Of a stretch of 64,000 nucleotides of DNA, positions 62,912 through 64,000 are shown one piece after another. The stretch covers positions 512,001-576,000 of the forward strand of contig CAWGHO010000001.1 in NCBI GenBank assembly GCA_963822445.1. The letters run 5' to 3'. Position numbers and translations under genes: made by a program. Position 1 is the stretch's first letter. Each line of letters starts with the position of its first letter. The notes beneath the pieces are model-generated. The model saw only the letters and a list, made by a program, of their open reading frames with translations. It did not search any database and was not told where the DNA came from. The stretch comes from an uncultured Acidobacteriota bacterium. GTDB taxonomy: Bacteria; Acidobacteriota; Thermoanaerobaculia; Gp7-AA8.

Positions 62912-64000
62912 GATTCGGCGAGGTCTTTCGATACGAATTCGGGTACCGAGTCCGCTCGATCTCGACGTGGGTCTACGCCGTCGCCCTGCTGCTCATCGGG
63001 TTCTACATCGTGCATGTCGCCGTCACCGGCACGAACCCGGTCCACGTCAACTCGCCGCAAGACCTCGCGGAGAAGACGGCGCTCCTGTGCGGATTGTTCG
63101 GCATCCTCGTAACGGCCGGCCTCTTCTCCGATGCGGCCATCCGCGACCGCACGGCCGGAATGGATGCGCTCCTCTTCACCACCCGCCTCCGTCCTGCCGA
63201 ATACCTCCGCGGCCGCTTCCTGGCAGCGCTGGCGATCAACAGCATCCTCGTCTTCGCGATCCCGATCGGGCTCGCCGTCGGCACGATGATGCCGTATCTC
63301 ACGCGCGATGCGTTCGGCCCGAACACGTTCGCGGCGTATCTGCAGCCGATGCTGCTCTTCGTCCTGCCGAACCTCGTCCTGGTCGGGGCGATCCTCTTCA
63401 CGATCGCCGCCCTCACCCGCCACGTCATCCCCGTCTACCTCGGCGCGATCGCGTTTTTCATCGGCTACCTCGTCGCCGGCGGCTACTGGAGCGACATCAC
63501 GAATCCGCTCCTCTCCGTGCTGGCGGACCCGCTGGGGATCAACACGCTCGAGGGAATGACCGCGTACTGGACGGCGTCGGAGCGGAACACGCGCCTGATC
63601 GGATTCCCGTCGACGCTGTTGTGGAACCGGCTTTTCTGGCTCGCGATCGCGGCGGGGCTGTTCGCCGTCCTGCAGCGCGCGTTCCGCTTCACGCAGCGCG
63701 AAAGCGGTCGCGGCAACGAGACGGTGGACGCGCCTGGCGAGAGGGCTGAAGAGCGAGCATTCGGAGCCGTGCCGCAACTCCGCGGCGTATTCGGTTCGCG
63801 CACGCGCATGCGTCAGACACTGGCCGTGACGCGCCAGTCGCTCGCGGAAGCGGTTTCCGGCCGCGCGTTTCCCGTGGCCTTCCTCGCGGCGATCGGTCTG
63901 GTCGTGCTCCGCGGCTGGAACCTTGGCGACACCATCTTCGACACGATCACCTGGCCGGTCACGCATCTCGTCGCGCAGGTCGTGCTGTCGGAGCGCGCCA
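62908..64000 (+). CDS. ABC-2 type permease (N-terminus of the type often fused to an M1 aminopeptidase), partial
   Basis: ATGA overlap; MRFGEVFRYEF...STW, HVNSP, YLRGRFL, DPLG, LLWNR; multiple TM helices; open to the window end. Confidence 0.8.
   Translation, partial: MRFGEVFRYEFGYRVRSISTWVYAVALLLIGFYIVHVAVTGTNPVHVNSPQDLAEKTALLCGLFGILVTAGLFSDAAIRDRTAGMDALLFTTRLRPAEYLRGRFLAALAINSILVFAIPIGLAVGTMMPYLTRDAFGPNTFAAYLQPMLLFVLPNLVLVGAILFTIAALTRHVIPVYLGAIAFFIGYLVAGGYWSDITNPLLSVLADPLGINTLEGMTAYWTASERNTRLIGFPSTLLWNRLFWLAIAAGLFAVLQRAFRFTQRESGRGNETVDAPGERAEERAFGAVPQLRGVFGSRTRMRQTLAVTRQSLAEAVSGRAFPVAFLAAIGLVVLRGWNLGDTIFDTITWPVTHLVAQVVLSERA

Overview
GC-rich bacterial chromosome segment, probably Acidobacteriota (Thermoanaerobaculia-like; inferred from protein families, not from a database search). 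1-13.6 kb looks like the right arm of an island integrated at tRNA-Asp. It carries candidate defence genes (nuclease-STAND NTPase, three HEPN-like proteins, a SEC-C protein), a protease/amidase operon, a 21-bp palindromic array, a SymE-domain gene and an XRE regulator, and ends at a tRNA-Asp 3' fragment. It is followed by core genes (MarR/YceI/dioxygenase, OmpA, metG), an RHS toxin-immunity pair, a CHAT protease/anti-sigma/ECF sigma module and a minus-strand rRNA operon. Next come a nucleoside catabolism cluster (single-chain xanthine dehydrogenase, BBE-type flavoprotein, two nucleoside hydrolases, deoC, ALDHs), envelope/signalling genes, a 1579-aa TPR-ATPase-NYN protein and an ABC transporter. 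The best novelty candidates are the TPR-Ig-STAND-NYN protein, the coupled HEPN + nuclease-STAND pair, three dispersed tRNA-Asp 3' halves with nearby phased motif arrays, and the XDH cluster. Several genes carry frameshifts that are probably assembly indels.
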